Assembly (NCBI GenBank): GCA_030265395.1
Contig: JARFYF010000052.1
Span: 109,468,149 to 109,532,148 of the forward strand
Source: Rhina ancylostomus
Taxonomy: Eukaryota
DNA length: 64,000 nucleotides
Direction: 5' to 3'
In this document: positions 50,501 to 63,229 of the stretch, piece after piece
How positions within the stretch are numbered: the first letter of the stretch is position 1
Layout: each line of letters starts with the position of its first letter
Notes under the pieces: model-generated
Told to the model about the DNA's origin: nothing
What the model saw: only the letters and a program-made list of their open reading frames with translations
Database searches by the model: none
Position numbers and translations under genes: made by a program

Positions 50501-52219
50501 TGATGTTCTTAAGCCACAATCCCTACCTTTAATGTAATATGATAATGAGGAATACAGATTTTTCACAACAAAAAAATTCCTGGTCTTAAGGGGAGAAGAA
50601 ATTAAAAGTTAATTTGGTAATTTGTTACAAGCTGAATAAAGTGAATCTCTTTCTGAGATAAATGTGGATATTTAATTATACTAAACTTATGAAAGAATGT
50701 ATATATGCTGTGTACAAGACAGGAGACATATTATCTCCATCTTGTACCCAATAATAACATCAAGCAATTGCATGTCAGAAGTTTTCCAGACCTTCCTTAT
50801 CGTAAATCTAATTACAATTTAACCATAGCTCTGCAACTGTAGAGGCAGTACAACAGCATGATGCTTGATTCCATATTTCTCTATCCTCGAGGCGCTGCTG
50901 AATAATATTGCTGAACTTGTACCTCTTGATGCCAAATTTTATGCAGTGTTACACTGTGAACTTATGTTCATTGAAAATTGGATTATGACTGCCCAAGCTC
51001 ATTTCACTTGTGACCTTTGAGAGACCACCATCACCCCAGACTGAAATCAAAGACTAATATCATGGCAAATTAATATTTTTCAAATTTCCAACACATTTGT
51101 TGATTAGGTTTCACAAACAATTGCTGCAGAGTTAAATTCGATATTTTTTAAGTTTAAGTAGTTTTCTGTAGCAAAAAAAAATCATATCAATTTAAATGAA
51201 TGGATGTTGAATTACTGGTATATTCCATTCCTAACTAAAATTTACATTTGATTAATAAATTAAATTTAACTGTGTTGAATGTATGCTAAAGTGCACCTAA
51301 ATGATGCGAAAGAACAAATTTTACATTGTAACAGAAAGCAATGACTTTATTTTAAATTACAAGGACCTTTGGTTCTCATGTTGGAACATCTGATAGTATT
51401 TAGTGTTTTAAGCCTTTTGACTTGTATTTCCTGCCATGACCAATGTTTAAAACTCAAAAGTTGTCAGAAGTGACCGAACAGCCAAAAAAGAAAGTCTCCC
51501 ATGAGGTCTACAAACTTAACTGTTAAATGCACAAAATAAGCCAGGAAACTTGGAACTGACCATTGGTCTGTGCAAATAAACTTCTCAGAGTCAAGCAGTT
51601 AAACTATTCTAATAACCAATCACTACCATTTTCCTATTTGCCTTGTGGGGTTTTATGATCAAAAAGGAATTGTGAAAAGTCATAAACCTGACTACCAGTA
51701 GCCCACAGTTACCACAAGTTTTGTCCCTTGGGGACACGTATCTATGTTTCGTAGGTGAGTTAAGCTGGAATAAAGGAGTCCTCGAGGCCACTATCCGAAA
51801 CAAATTAGTTGGCATGTTTTCTGGGTTCATATCAGCCAGTCACCTTTATTTCTAACCAATTATATGCATTACCCACCCGCTGCCTGCCAACAGTATAATT
51901 AACTTCAAACAGGTTGAAAGTACATTTATAGCTCACTTAAACTACAATCCAAAATTGAAAGATCTGAAAGTTAAAATTGAAAGCATAGTTGTAACTCCTC
52001 CTTTCTCCCTCTGTCAGAAAACAACAAGTAGTTATTTTTCAATGAGGATGCAGAAAATAACAATGCAAAGTCAGTTTTCAAAACAGTTATTGTTACAGTC
52101 AGAAAAATATGAGTACCAAACTATTACAGAAGCAAGGTTATGTACTGCATGGTACAAAAGAAAAAGGAAAAGGTAGTACTGGATGATCAATAAAGCAAAG
52201 TTTCAGTAGCTAGGTTTAA

Positions 52220-52335
52220 ATTTAAATTGTTAAATTTTATTTACAGCGTGGTAACAGGCTCTTCCGGCCCAATGAGTCCATGCCGCCCCTTTTTAAACCC
52301 ATGTTAACCTACCCGTACGTCTTTGGAATGTGGGC
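52220..52335 (-). mobile_element. 5'-truncated HE1-like V-SINE
   Basis: Reverse complement aligns with 14861-14962 (cattccaaagacgtacgggtagg...accacgctgtaaataaaattta). Confidence 0.85.
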
Positions 52336-55300
52336 CAATGAAACACTAATTCTTCATTGTAAAGGGAGCCAATTAGAATATTAATTGTGTGAACCATTTA
52401 AATACCATACCACCAGGTTCAATGTTCTACCAATTATGGATAGAGTCCTAACCTGGCTTAAGAATTGCAACAAGATACATATTAAGGAAATATATGCATT
52501 TCTAAAAAATATATGCATGTGTTTGCAAATCAAAATCATCACACTGTAAAACTAAGTGCAGATAAGAAATGGTAAAATAATCAATAACAAAACTGCAGAA
52601 TTCATTTTTGAGAGGACAGCTGAAATTTGTTCATTTGAAATGTACTTAGATGTAAATAAACCCATCGCACTTCATAGTTATATTGCTTTCTCATGTAACT
52701 TGGAAGTAAATTTCACTGTCAAATGCATATTATTGCCTATTTAATTCACTTTAAAGAATGATTTTACAGCAGACTGATTTAAAACATTATTTAAAAAAAA
52801 TGTAAAACTAGGAACTCTACAAGCTTGCTCTTGCATTTTCTGCTTTATTTTCACACCATCAGGGTAGATGTGATGAAGCATGCTTGCACACCATTAACCA
52901 TTCGCACATAGCTCATATTTTCAGAGCCCAGTATCTCATTACAAATTTCTTATTCTGCTCCAGGAAGCAGATGACACCAGATAATGCCAGTTATCAGTCA
53001 TTACAGAGGCTCTAGTGCCTGAAGGTCCCCGCTGTTCCTAGATTATTTTCTCCAAAGCCTGTTTTGTACAGCTGTGCCAGAGGTTGGAACTAACTAATCA
53101 AATTGTTGCCCTAATGTAGCAGGAAACACCAAGATTGTTAACTTAAAATATAAATTAAATTTTAGATTTCACTCATGACATATTTTACTTAACAAATGTC
53201 TATTCAAGTGATTTTGTTTAAAGCTTTCAGTTAAAAGTCGCGTTTGGTACTTTTGGCAAGGAATTTAAATTCTAAGGTAGGATTGTCATTTCAGAAACAA
53301 ACCAATACAGCTAAGTAATTACAATGACTTTTTAATATAAATGATCTTACTATTAAAATATTTATGCTGAATCGACATTCATCAACATCCAAACTCTGAA
53401 ATTTGCTGTAACTTATTAACAAACACCAAATTACCACTCTGATATTACTACAGTGTTATTTGCCACCCCCGGCTGTATTTGTAATGAATTTCAGCTCCAT
53501 TATTATTTTAAAACTCATGGGAATTGTGCAGCAGTATCCAAGTTTCCCAAATTGGATTTTCATACACATGCAACAATCAGCAAACAAGAGAACCATTTAT
53601 TCTTTCTGCAGATTGGAGAGAGAGAAAGCAATGGCATGAGAGGAATTCAACCTTCGGACAATGATCTCTGCTTAAAAACAGCACTGCGACAGTGAATTTA
53701 TGATAAGGATTAGCTGCATGACAAGTTAATACCAACTGAATCCGTAATAATACTAAATTCACAAATATAAAATGAACAAAATACTCAATGGATAATTACT
53801 ACTGCAACTGAGCTATTCCGTTCAGAAGGGAGTAAGTCCCTCCCATATTAGCAATCAAGTTAAAATGATAGTCAAGTGGTACTACATGCTGGTGCTTGGC
53901 TGCTTGAACCAGTAGGAATTTGTCCTCCTTGTTATTACATACCTAGGGTCACAGTCAGGCTGTCTGCATGATAGTTGGCAAAGGCAAGATTTGTGATAGA
54001 AGAGAGATACTCCATGTGCGCAAATCAAGTCTCCTTCTCATTCAGGAATACTGGATTAAGAGTAGATCATTCAGCGCCTTAATCATGTTCCACCATTCAT
54101 TTAGATTATGGCTGATCTGTATCTTAATTCCACTTACTCACCCTGGTTCTGTCAGGTTTAATGCTCTTGCCTAATAAAAATCTATTTCAGCTTTAAAATG
54201 TTCAAGCACTCTGCTTCTTTGGGGACTTCACTTACATGAAGCACTTTCTGACATTGCCCTCAGTGGCTTATCTTTAATGTTATGACTGACCTCTTGTTCT
54301 ACACTCTTTCACCAAAAAAGATAGCTTATCTCATTCCAAACTATCAGATCCTTTAATTACCTTTATAATCTCAATTAGATTACCCTTTCATCTCAGTAAC
54401 TGTCTCCTACCTCATACCTTTGCTGATTCCCTGACATGAGTCTGTCCCTCATTCCTGATCCTCTGTTTCACTCTTCGTGGCAATTTATTCACCATGCATC
54501 TGATTTTCTGGAAAGCTCCAGAATTCTTCCACTATTTCAATATAGGAACAGATGATATTCTCAGCAATTCCCTCCTTGAATGCAATCCTTACTTTTAATC
54601 TCATGATTTTTGAACTGCTCAGAATACAGTTAAATTTTAAACTGCTTTGANNNNNNNNNNCTGCTTTGAGATATTTTTGAGGTGGGATGCTGCATTATTA
54701 CTGCTGTTCGCATATATGTTCTTTCAAGTAAAAAGCACATTAAACACATGAAATGTGTGTTAATGACACTTTATTTCTTGCGTGTTCCATGCATTGTCAC
54801 GTTACATTCTTTAGGCACGGAGAGAATACTTCTGTCAATTTTCTTGCTCGCTAGCAGTTAGAAGAGTGCATGTATTTCCAGCATTCTACTGTATCTCTCC
54901 CTACCTACCTGAAAATGATGTTGTTTACTGATACAACGACAACTCTTGTAACCAACATAAGTTCCACACATTAAAATTCTGATGTTAGTGACCACAGTAA
55001 ATACTAACAGTAAGTTCCTTACTATACCAACTAATAATTATCACATTGGTCAAGCACGTTTTCATGCACACACCCGCACACATACCTGGGAACTGCTAAA
55101 ATGACAGCAGCTTTCTGGACACAGTGACTCAGGCAGACACAGAAGTGAAGGGGGAAATCTAAACATCTCAAAATTTCCCTTTTATCCTTTCTAACAAGCA
55201 TGTAGACACATTAAATGTTAATATGCTTTACATTTAGAAGCAAGTATCTTCAATGATAAATTCCCCAAATTGTAACTATTATATAATCTTATTTTCATGA

Positions 55301-58300
55301 AAATCTTACTGTAGTACTAAAGAGCTAAGAAAATAACAATTAAAAACCTAATGTTCTAAAATAACTAAGGAAATGTATTGCCTGAAAGAGTGGTGGAAGC
55401 AAAGTTAATAACAGCTTTCAAAAGAAAACTCCATATATGGTACAAAAAGAAAATTTTCAGCATAGTGAATTAACATCAAAGAAGTGGAAATAATTCAGTG
55501 ATACACTACATACTGTCCAAGGGCACATCTGATCTGCGTATGAGCATCCAAACCAGCAGGGAGGTCTAAAAGTGCATCAATTAAAAGGTGGATTTCTCAT
55601 GAATCTGGTGGTAGTTAGGGTAGGGGGTGGGGGCGAGTTTAAAACAGTTCTAAGTGGGCAGTGTGACTGAAAATGGTATGAATCATTTAGCAGTAGGAAG
55701 CTTAATTTTCTAAAACAAATGTAGCCTGGTAGTTGTTTTACAGCGAAAGGAGAAATGGTTAATCTTCGAACCCTAACAAGCCCAGCTTCAACTTCATTGA
55801 GGCACAAGAGAATGCCGATGCTGAAACCTGGAGCAACACACAAAAAGCAGAGGAACTCATTGGTCAGGCAGCATCTATGGAGGGAAACAGAGAGTCGATG
55901 TTTCAGGTCATGACCTTTGAGTTGTCTGTCATGAACTGCTAGGAAATATGTATTGTTTTGATTTAATTTGGAAGGTAGTTAATATTTTAAAATCAAAAGT
56001 GGGATATTACTTGGATCAACAACCCAAACAATTATTGTGCTTCCAGGACCATAGAGGACTGAGAAAGTATTTCAAGCATATTATGCTACAAAACACCAAT
56101 TTCAGTCACAATTCTTTGCATGTTAAGTAAGTAAATTGCTATCAGTTTGTTTAGTTAATCTTTTGCATCATTAAAAATATCTGTTTAATCATGTTTAAAT
56201 AAAAAAGTTTAAAAGGATTTGGATTATTAATATTGCCCTGTCCACAAAAAAATTGATCACTGAATTAATCAGATTTTTCAGAGTTGAAACAGACATGTCA
56301 AACTAAAAGGCCTCCTTCTGTGCTGTATGGTTCCATTAAAACACCAAATTGTCCAAACACTGTATTGTGGTTTTCTATTTTACTATAAAGAATGTTTGTT
56401 TCTCAGATTTTGTAAACCTCAAGTACCAAATATGCATTCAGTCATGTTACAAGATAGGAGATCAATATGTGATTTTAAAAAAAGCTGCAGCTTATCCACT
56501 GAGGTGTAGCTCACCAGCTGGAAGGCAACGTTGTTCCAAGAACAATCTCCTGCCACGTATGGATAGAAACAGGAATAATTCCAGTGAGCTTGACAAATAT
56601 TTTTCCCCTAACACAGAGTATTAAAGCCAGGTAATTTCTAGAAATATCAAATCAGCAAAATGACAAACGTATCTATTATATTTAGATTGTTGAATGAGTT
56701 GCAATGTTCCATTTCAAAATTCATTCTTAGCACTTGGCAGGTTCTCTCTATGTCTACGTTAAGATTTAACTTTTATCTGTACTAAATGATGCATCTGTAG
56801 TGTCACTGAAGAGGCATGCTTATGCCAAAAACGTCACAGAATGTTAGGTGGGAATGACTGTTCTGAGCCTTTCTACATCCTGCCTCTCAGGCGACTTGTA
56901 GCACTGCCTTCATTCAAATTGAGGATAATTCTAAACCCAAACATTCAACATAAATGGGTGAATCTAAAATAAATGTGTTAATTAATTTTTCTTCCAACCA
57001 ATAAAACTAATATATCTATGCATATTCCCAATCTCTCTGTTCCCTCCCAGATCCTGAAATCCAAATTTCTGAAGACGGCTGCTAACAAATGCATACTTTA
57101 CAGTCTGGTGAGCCCTTATTAAAATTGTTGCTGCATCCTATTTCTCTCCATATCCAAGACTAAAGAACTCAGAGGAATTCATCGGGCAGCATTTCTCACT
57201 CTCCCCACAGACTTCTCAATGTGTTTCCTTTCTCTTTGTATCTCTTACAGAGCAGAGCCTCTTGAAATCTGCTATTGTTTAGGCTGCATTTGAGTAATTT
57301 GTGATCAGTCCCACCAATGTTTTATTCTTTCTTCTCAGCATATGCATATAGTTGAAATTGTGGCTCCCACTCTCGTTCTTTTGTTGTCTCACGAGACTGT
57401 GAACCTTGCATTCTTCTTCCCATTATCTTCCTGTAAGGTCTGATATTTTTTTAATCAGCTTTGGAGTGGGTTATGAATCTGTCCTAAACCCCAACTCTTC
57501 TCTCACAATCATGATCCTCAACTGACAGACAAGAGCTTTGGATACCTTCAGCAGTAAGAAAAGGCCATGCCAACACTAATGCCCATGATGTTGGCCCTAT
57601 CCCCATCCCTCTTCCTCCATTTCCTATTTTTGCCAGCTACAACCTTCTCTCCCTTTAGTCACCATCTTTTCACAATTTCAGTACAATTATTCATTTCCCC
57701 ATTCTCTTGGCATTATCCTGAATATAGCATTTGAATGCTTATGTGGTGTCACAGGATATTACAATTAGCTGAACTGTTTAGCATCTCTCTACTTAAACTA
57801 ATATTTTTTTCTGATAACTTCAGACAACATTTTGTATTTCAATTCAATTTCAGCTTCCCTCAGAAAAAAAGATATTAAATAGAGCTTTGGTAAAGAATAA
57901 AACCATTGAATTCAATACCACCTAATAAATAAGCAGGATATCCCACAATTCTAATGCATTTTGATATGGCTATAAAATTTAAAACAAAAAGATTAATAAT
58001 CTCATTTGCATTTTGGCTTCNNNNNNNNNNNNNNNNNNNNNNNNNNNNNNNNNNNNNNNNNNNNNNNNNNNNNNNNNNNNNNNNNNNNNNNNNNNNNNNN
58101 NNNNNNNNNNNNNNNNNNNNNNNNNNNNNNNNNNNNNNNNNNNNNNNNNNNNNNNNNNNNNNNNNNNACTTTTTAAGAGACAAATAAAATCTACTTTTTG
58201 TCTAATTATTTCAAACATTTTAACAAAATTTTAACAAAAAACATTTTTTAGACACATAAAATATACTACATAAATTCTTGGATATAATGGGACAGATCAC

Positions 58301-58319
58301 ATTGGAAAATATGATTGTT

Positions 58320-59103
58320 ATAGAGTCATAGAGTAATACAGCAAGGAAACAGGCCCTTCGGCCTAACTAGTCCATGCCAACTACAGTAACCTCCCTGCTA
58401 GTTCCATTTGCCCGCGTTTAGCCCATAACCCTCCAAGCCCCTTCCCTCCACGTATCTATCCAAGTGTCTCTTAAATGTTGCAATGGTACCTGCCTTGACC
58501 ACTTCCTCTGGCAGCTCAATCTAGGTACTCACTACCCTCTGTGTAAAGAAGTCACCTGTTAGGTCTCTTTTAAATCTCTCCCCTCTTATCTTGTATCTGT
58601 GCCCTCTAGTTTTGGACTCCCCAGCCCTGGGGAAAAGACTATGACTTTCCACCTTATCCATACCCTTCACGATTTTATAAACTTCTATGAGATCACCCCT
58701 CATTCTCCTATGCTCCAAGGAATACAGCGTGGCCAACCTCTCCCTATAACTAAGGCCCTCTAGTACAGGTAGCATCCTTGTAAATCTCTTCTGCACCCTC
58801 TCCAGCTTCACAATGTCTTTCCTACAACAGGGTGACCAAAACTACACACTACCCCAAATGCGGTCTCACCAACGACTTATATAACTGCAACATAATGTCC
58901 CTGCTCCTAAACTCAGTGCCCTGACCGATGAAGGCCAGCATGTTAAATGCCTTCTTCACCACCCTGTTAACTTGCATGGCCACTTTCAGCTAACTGTGCA
59001 CTTGTTCTCCCAAGTCCATCTGTTCCACAGCACTCATACAGTGAATGACAGGACTGACAAGTCCTACCCTGGTTTGAATGTCCAAAATGCATCACCCCAC
59101 ACT
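58320..59103 (-). mobile_element. HER1/CR1 LINE 3' fragment, relatively young
   Basis: ORF 58521-58811 LERVQKRFTRMLP.LEGLSYRERL...RRMRGDLIEVYKI...KTRGH..K...FFTQRVV; KCGVMHFG upstream; (atagagtc)n tail at 58320. Confidence 0.9.
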
Positions 59104-60284
59104 TGAAATCTATTTTTCTACTGTGTTTTGTTGTGCTTAGCCATTGTAACTGGGACTTCAACACAAGCGTAATCTCGAGGATATTCCAAACATATTTAAC
59201 AAAGAGATGGTGGTGTGTTTACCAATACATTCTACACTTATGCTGCATGATCCGAGCCCCCATTGATTTCAATGGGAAATGTAGTTTATGGTAATAAGAT
59301 GCAAGGGAAAGCAAGTTAATTATTTCAGTTCAGTTTAACATTTTTAATTAGTTATAAGAGTGTTCAGATAATTTCCAGTTTTAATTTTTTCCCCCAAATA
59401 TTTAATTTACCTAATTTTAAAATAAATTTAGATAACTCTGAATTTCAAAGTTTTAAAGAATTTTTTAGGATGTGGCCTCCTTACTGCATTCCTGGAGGCT
59501 AAAGCAGCACTGAGGCCCTGTTGCAGGAGTCGGGGATACTCTGGCTTCAACAAATGGACCATGTAAGCATGGGTGTGGAGAGATCCCGGGTGACAGGCCT
59601 GGGCCAACAGATTCAGCTCAATAATTTTACATTGAAAGAGACACATAAATGTCATATCACTAAAATATAAACGAAATTTCATGTTTTGTGATTTCATGGT
59701 TTTACACAAAATATTGAGATGACCTTTAATACTTCTGTAATTTGCTTTTAAACTATTGGTCCTCCCATCAACAGACAGCAGGGGAACAGTAGTGTAGTAT
59801 ACAAACAGAAAGATCAGCATGATCTCTCTCTGACTAGTCTTCATGTCAATCAAAAAGCAAATCTGGGAGTTACAAGTACAAATGTAAACTTGGAACAGAA
59901 ACCTGCTATACTGAGCTTCATCAGCTTAGCGCATTAATTCCAAAATACCTCAGACTCAAGATTTAGCTTTTCAAATCATGACACCCATTCCCTCCCTGAC
60001 GGAAAACCTTGTGGAGTCATACTGAATACACAAGAAGTTATCTAAAGGTAATTTAATGAACTGCTCTTTTAGGTTTTTTTTAAACCATTAGAAGTTCATA
60101 TGCCTGGTATTTTTGTGTTCAGTTAGTACATAGTGCTGAATTCAACGCAGCATTTTCACTAATTTATGAACGTGAAAATTTCAATTAATAAGATTCAGTG
60201 TAGCATGTACTTTTCACATTAACACAGCCTTTTCTGCTTTGTCATTTCTTGCTCAGTGCTATAGAAACCTCCATTATCCAAAAT

Positions 60285-61290
60285 AAAACAAAAATAAAAA
60301 CAGAAAATGCAGGAGATACTCAAGAGATCAGGTAGCCTCTCTGTAGAAACAGAGTCAACCTTTCAGATCAACGACCTCTCGTCAGAACTGGGAATAGGTA
60401 GAAATGAAGCAGATGAAGTTGCAAAAGAAACATTAATAAAGTTCTGTGTTGGGGGCGACCAGGAGAGATTGAATGACATAGATGTGGATGGTGGTGCTGG
60501 CTGAAAAAAGAGTGGTAAAGGGGTGTGTGGAGGTGGTATAGGCAGGAGGAGATGCATGATAATTAAAATGCTGGAAGAGGAGAAGTAAATAAAAAACTGA
60601 ATATGGAAATGTGAACAAGGCTGATTTTTTGAAACTGCTTAATTCAAAGTTGACTCCTGAAGACTATTGCACGTGGTTTGTAGATGAGGTGTTATATTTT
60701 TGAGTTTACATAGGGCTGCAATGGAACAGTATAAGAAGCCAAAAACAGAAAGGTCAGAGAGGGAGTGGGATGAGGAATTAAAGTGAAAAGCAACTGGAAC
60801 CTTAGTGTTACTCTTGAGGAATGAAAAGTAGCTTTCTGTAAAGTAGTCAGCCAATCTGCTTTTGGTTTTAATGAATGAACTAAATCAGAAGAGACACAAT
60901 TAAATCTCTGTTTCATCAAGAAGGATTATTTGTATCCTTAGATGATGGAAGGGAGGAGAATAGCAAATGTTTTGTTACTTGCAGTTGCATGTCCTGGTTC
61001 CTTGAGGAGAGACAAGGATATTGGTGAAGTGGAATTGTGAATCAGTATTTCAAAGAGGGAATGGTCCCTTCTGAAGGCTAAAGGTGGAGGATACAAGGAG
61101 TGAGGAGGAGGGGTACATATATCTGGTGGTGATATCGTAAGTGTCAGAAATTGTGAAACATGACCTGTTAAAATGTGAAGGTTGGTGGGTAAAAAATAAA
61201 TATAAGTGGAACCCTATCCATATTCTGGGGAACAAGAGAGGGGGCTGGAACAGAAATGCAGGAGGTGTAATTGATGTGTTTGTGAAGTGT
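60285..61290 (-). mobile_element. Degenerate Penelope-like (GIY-YIG) retroelement with terminal repeat
   Basis: ORFs 60692-60919 (KQRFNCVSSDLV) and 60639-60854 (PVAFHFNSSSHSLSDLSVFGFLYC) resemble Penelope GIY-YIG endonuclease; terminal repeat at 60285-60390. Confidence 0.72.
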
Positions 61291-61339
61291 GATTAAAAAA
61301 CTATCGAGCTTAATATTGTCATCCCTTGATTACCATCGG

Positions 61340-63190
61340 AGAAATGTTTTTCTATGGACCAGGTTACCATATGGGAACTTGTCAAGTGCTTTACTTAAGT
61401 CCACATAGATAACATCTACACCCCTGCTTCTTAGTTACCTCAATCAAATTAGTGAGGTGGGATTTCCCCGCAAAAAGCCATGGTGACTATCCCTGATCAG
61501 CCCCTGCCTTTCCAAATGTGCTCAAGTCCTTTCACTTCAGATTTTCTCCAATAATTTTCCAACCACTGACATGGCTCACTGTTGTGTAATTACCTGGCTT
61601 ATCCCTGCTGCCCTTCTTGAATAAAGGAACAATGTTNNNNNNNNNNNNNNNNNNNNNNNNNNNNNNNNNNNNNNNNNNNNNNNNNNNNGGTCCCAGCTAT
61701 CTCCTCCCATGCTTTCCATAGCAACCTGTGATAGATCTCATCTAGATCTGGGGATTTATCACCTTTATGCATCCAATAACATCTAACATCATCTCCTCCT
61801 CCTCAATACTAACCTAATTATCCACGTACCCTTCCCTCAACTCACTATATTCCACATCCTTCTCCTTAGTACATAAAGAAAAGTTTTAATTTAGGATCTC
61901 ACCCACGTCACCTGGCTCCACACATAGATTACCCCTTTGGTCCTTAGGGAGGCCCATTCTTTTCCAGGCTACCCTCTTGCTTCTGATATATTGGGATTCT
62001 CCTTAATCTTACTTGCCAAGGATATTTCATGGCCCTTTTACGTCCTTTTAATTAATTTCTTAAGATCTCTCCTATACACATTATATTCCACAAGAGAGTC
62101 CCTTGATCCCAGTTGCCTATACTTGCCATACGTTTCCTTTTCTTCCCTGATCAAACCTTCAGTATCCTTTGTCATCCAGGGTTCCCTAATCTTGTTCTCT
62201 TTGCCTTTCACACCTGTTGGCTCTGAACACTTAGTTTCTGTCCTTTAAAAGATTCCGAGTTGTCAACTGTTGTTTTACCTGCAAACATCTGCTCCCAATC
62301 TACTTTTGCCATATCCTTTCTTATGCTATTGAAATCAGCCTTTCCACAGTTCAAGATCTGAACTTGAGGACCAACCTTATCCCTTTCCATTACTACCTGA
62401 AAACTTACAGAACTATGGTCACTGATCCCAAGTGCTCCCCAAAAACACTTCCATCACCTGCCCAGTTTCATTTGCTAAAATACGGTCATGCCCCACCTCT
62501 AATAGGACTCTCTACATTTACTCTCAAAAAGCTTTCTTGGAGCCTATAACAAATTCCACCCCATCTATGTCCCCTTGCACTAAGGCTATCCCAGTCAATA
62601 CTGGGAAAGTTAAAATCCTCCACTACTATAACCCTGTTATTCCTACACACTTCTGTGATTTGCTTGCATATCTGTTCCTCTAATTCCTACTGATTATTGG
62701 GAGGCCCCAACAAAGTGATTGCTTCTCACATATTCCTAAATTCTACAGATATAGCCTCTTTGGACAATCCCTCCAAGATATCGCTGTTAAATTCTCCCTA
62801 ATCAGTAGTGTGATTCCCCCCTCTTTTGCACTCCCCTCTGTCATGTCTGAAACTCGTGAGACCAGGAAAATTAAGCTGCCAGCCCTATCCTTCCCTCAAC
62901 AATGTTTCTGTGATTGCAATAACATCATTATTCCAAGTGTGGATCCATGCTCTGAGCTCACCTGATTTACCAGTAAAGCTCCGTGTATTAAAGTAAATGC
63001 AGTTGAACCTGCCTCTTTCTGCTCTAGCCATTACATTTGCTTGATTTATCTTCTACTTTTTTTCCTTGCTTGCTGCACTGGTACAACCTCCTGCCAAATT
63101 AGTTTAAATGCTCCTTTATAAGCAAACCCCCTTGCAATCCCCCTTGGATTTTGGACACCTCCAGTTTAGGTGCAACCTGCCCTTCTTGTA
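61340..63190 (-). mobile_element. CR1 LINE ORF2 (endonuclease to start of RT), decayed
   Basis: ORF 62208-62390 (LNCGKADFNSIRKDMAKVDWEQMF.GK); reverse-complement 'SQHGF..GKS.LTNLIE' and 'DV.Y.D.SKA.DKVP' motifs near 61370-61490. Confidence 0.85.
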
Positions 63191-63229
63191 GGAAGGAAAG
63201 TAGATTTAATGTTGTCAACATGGAAATCA

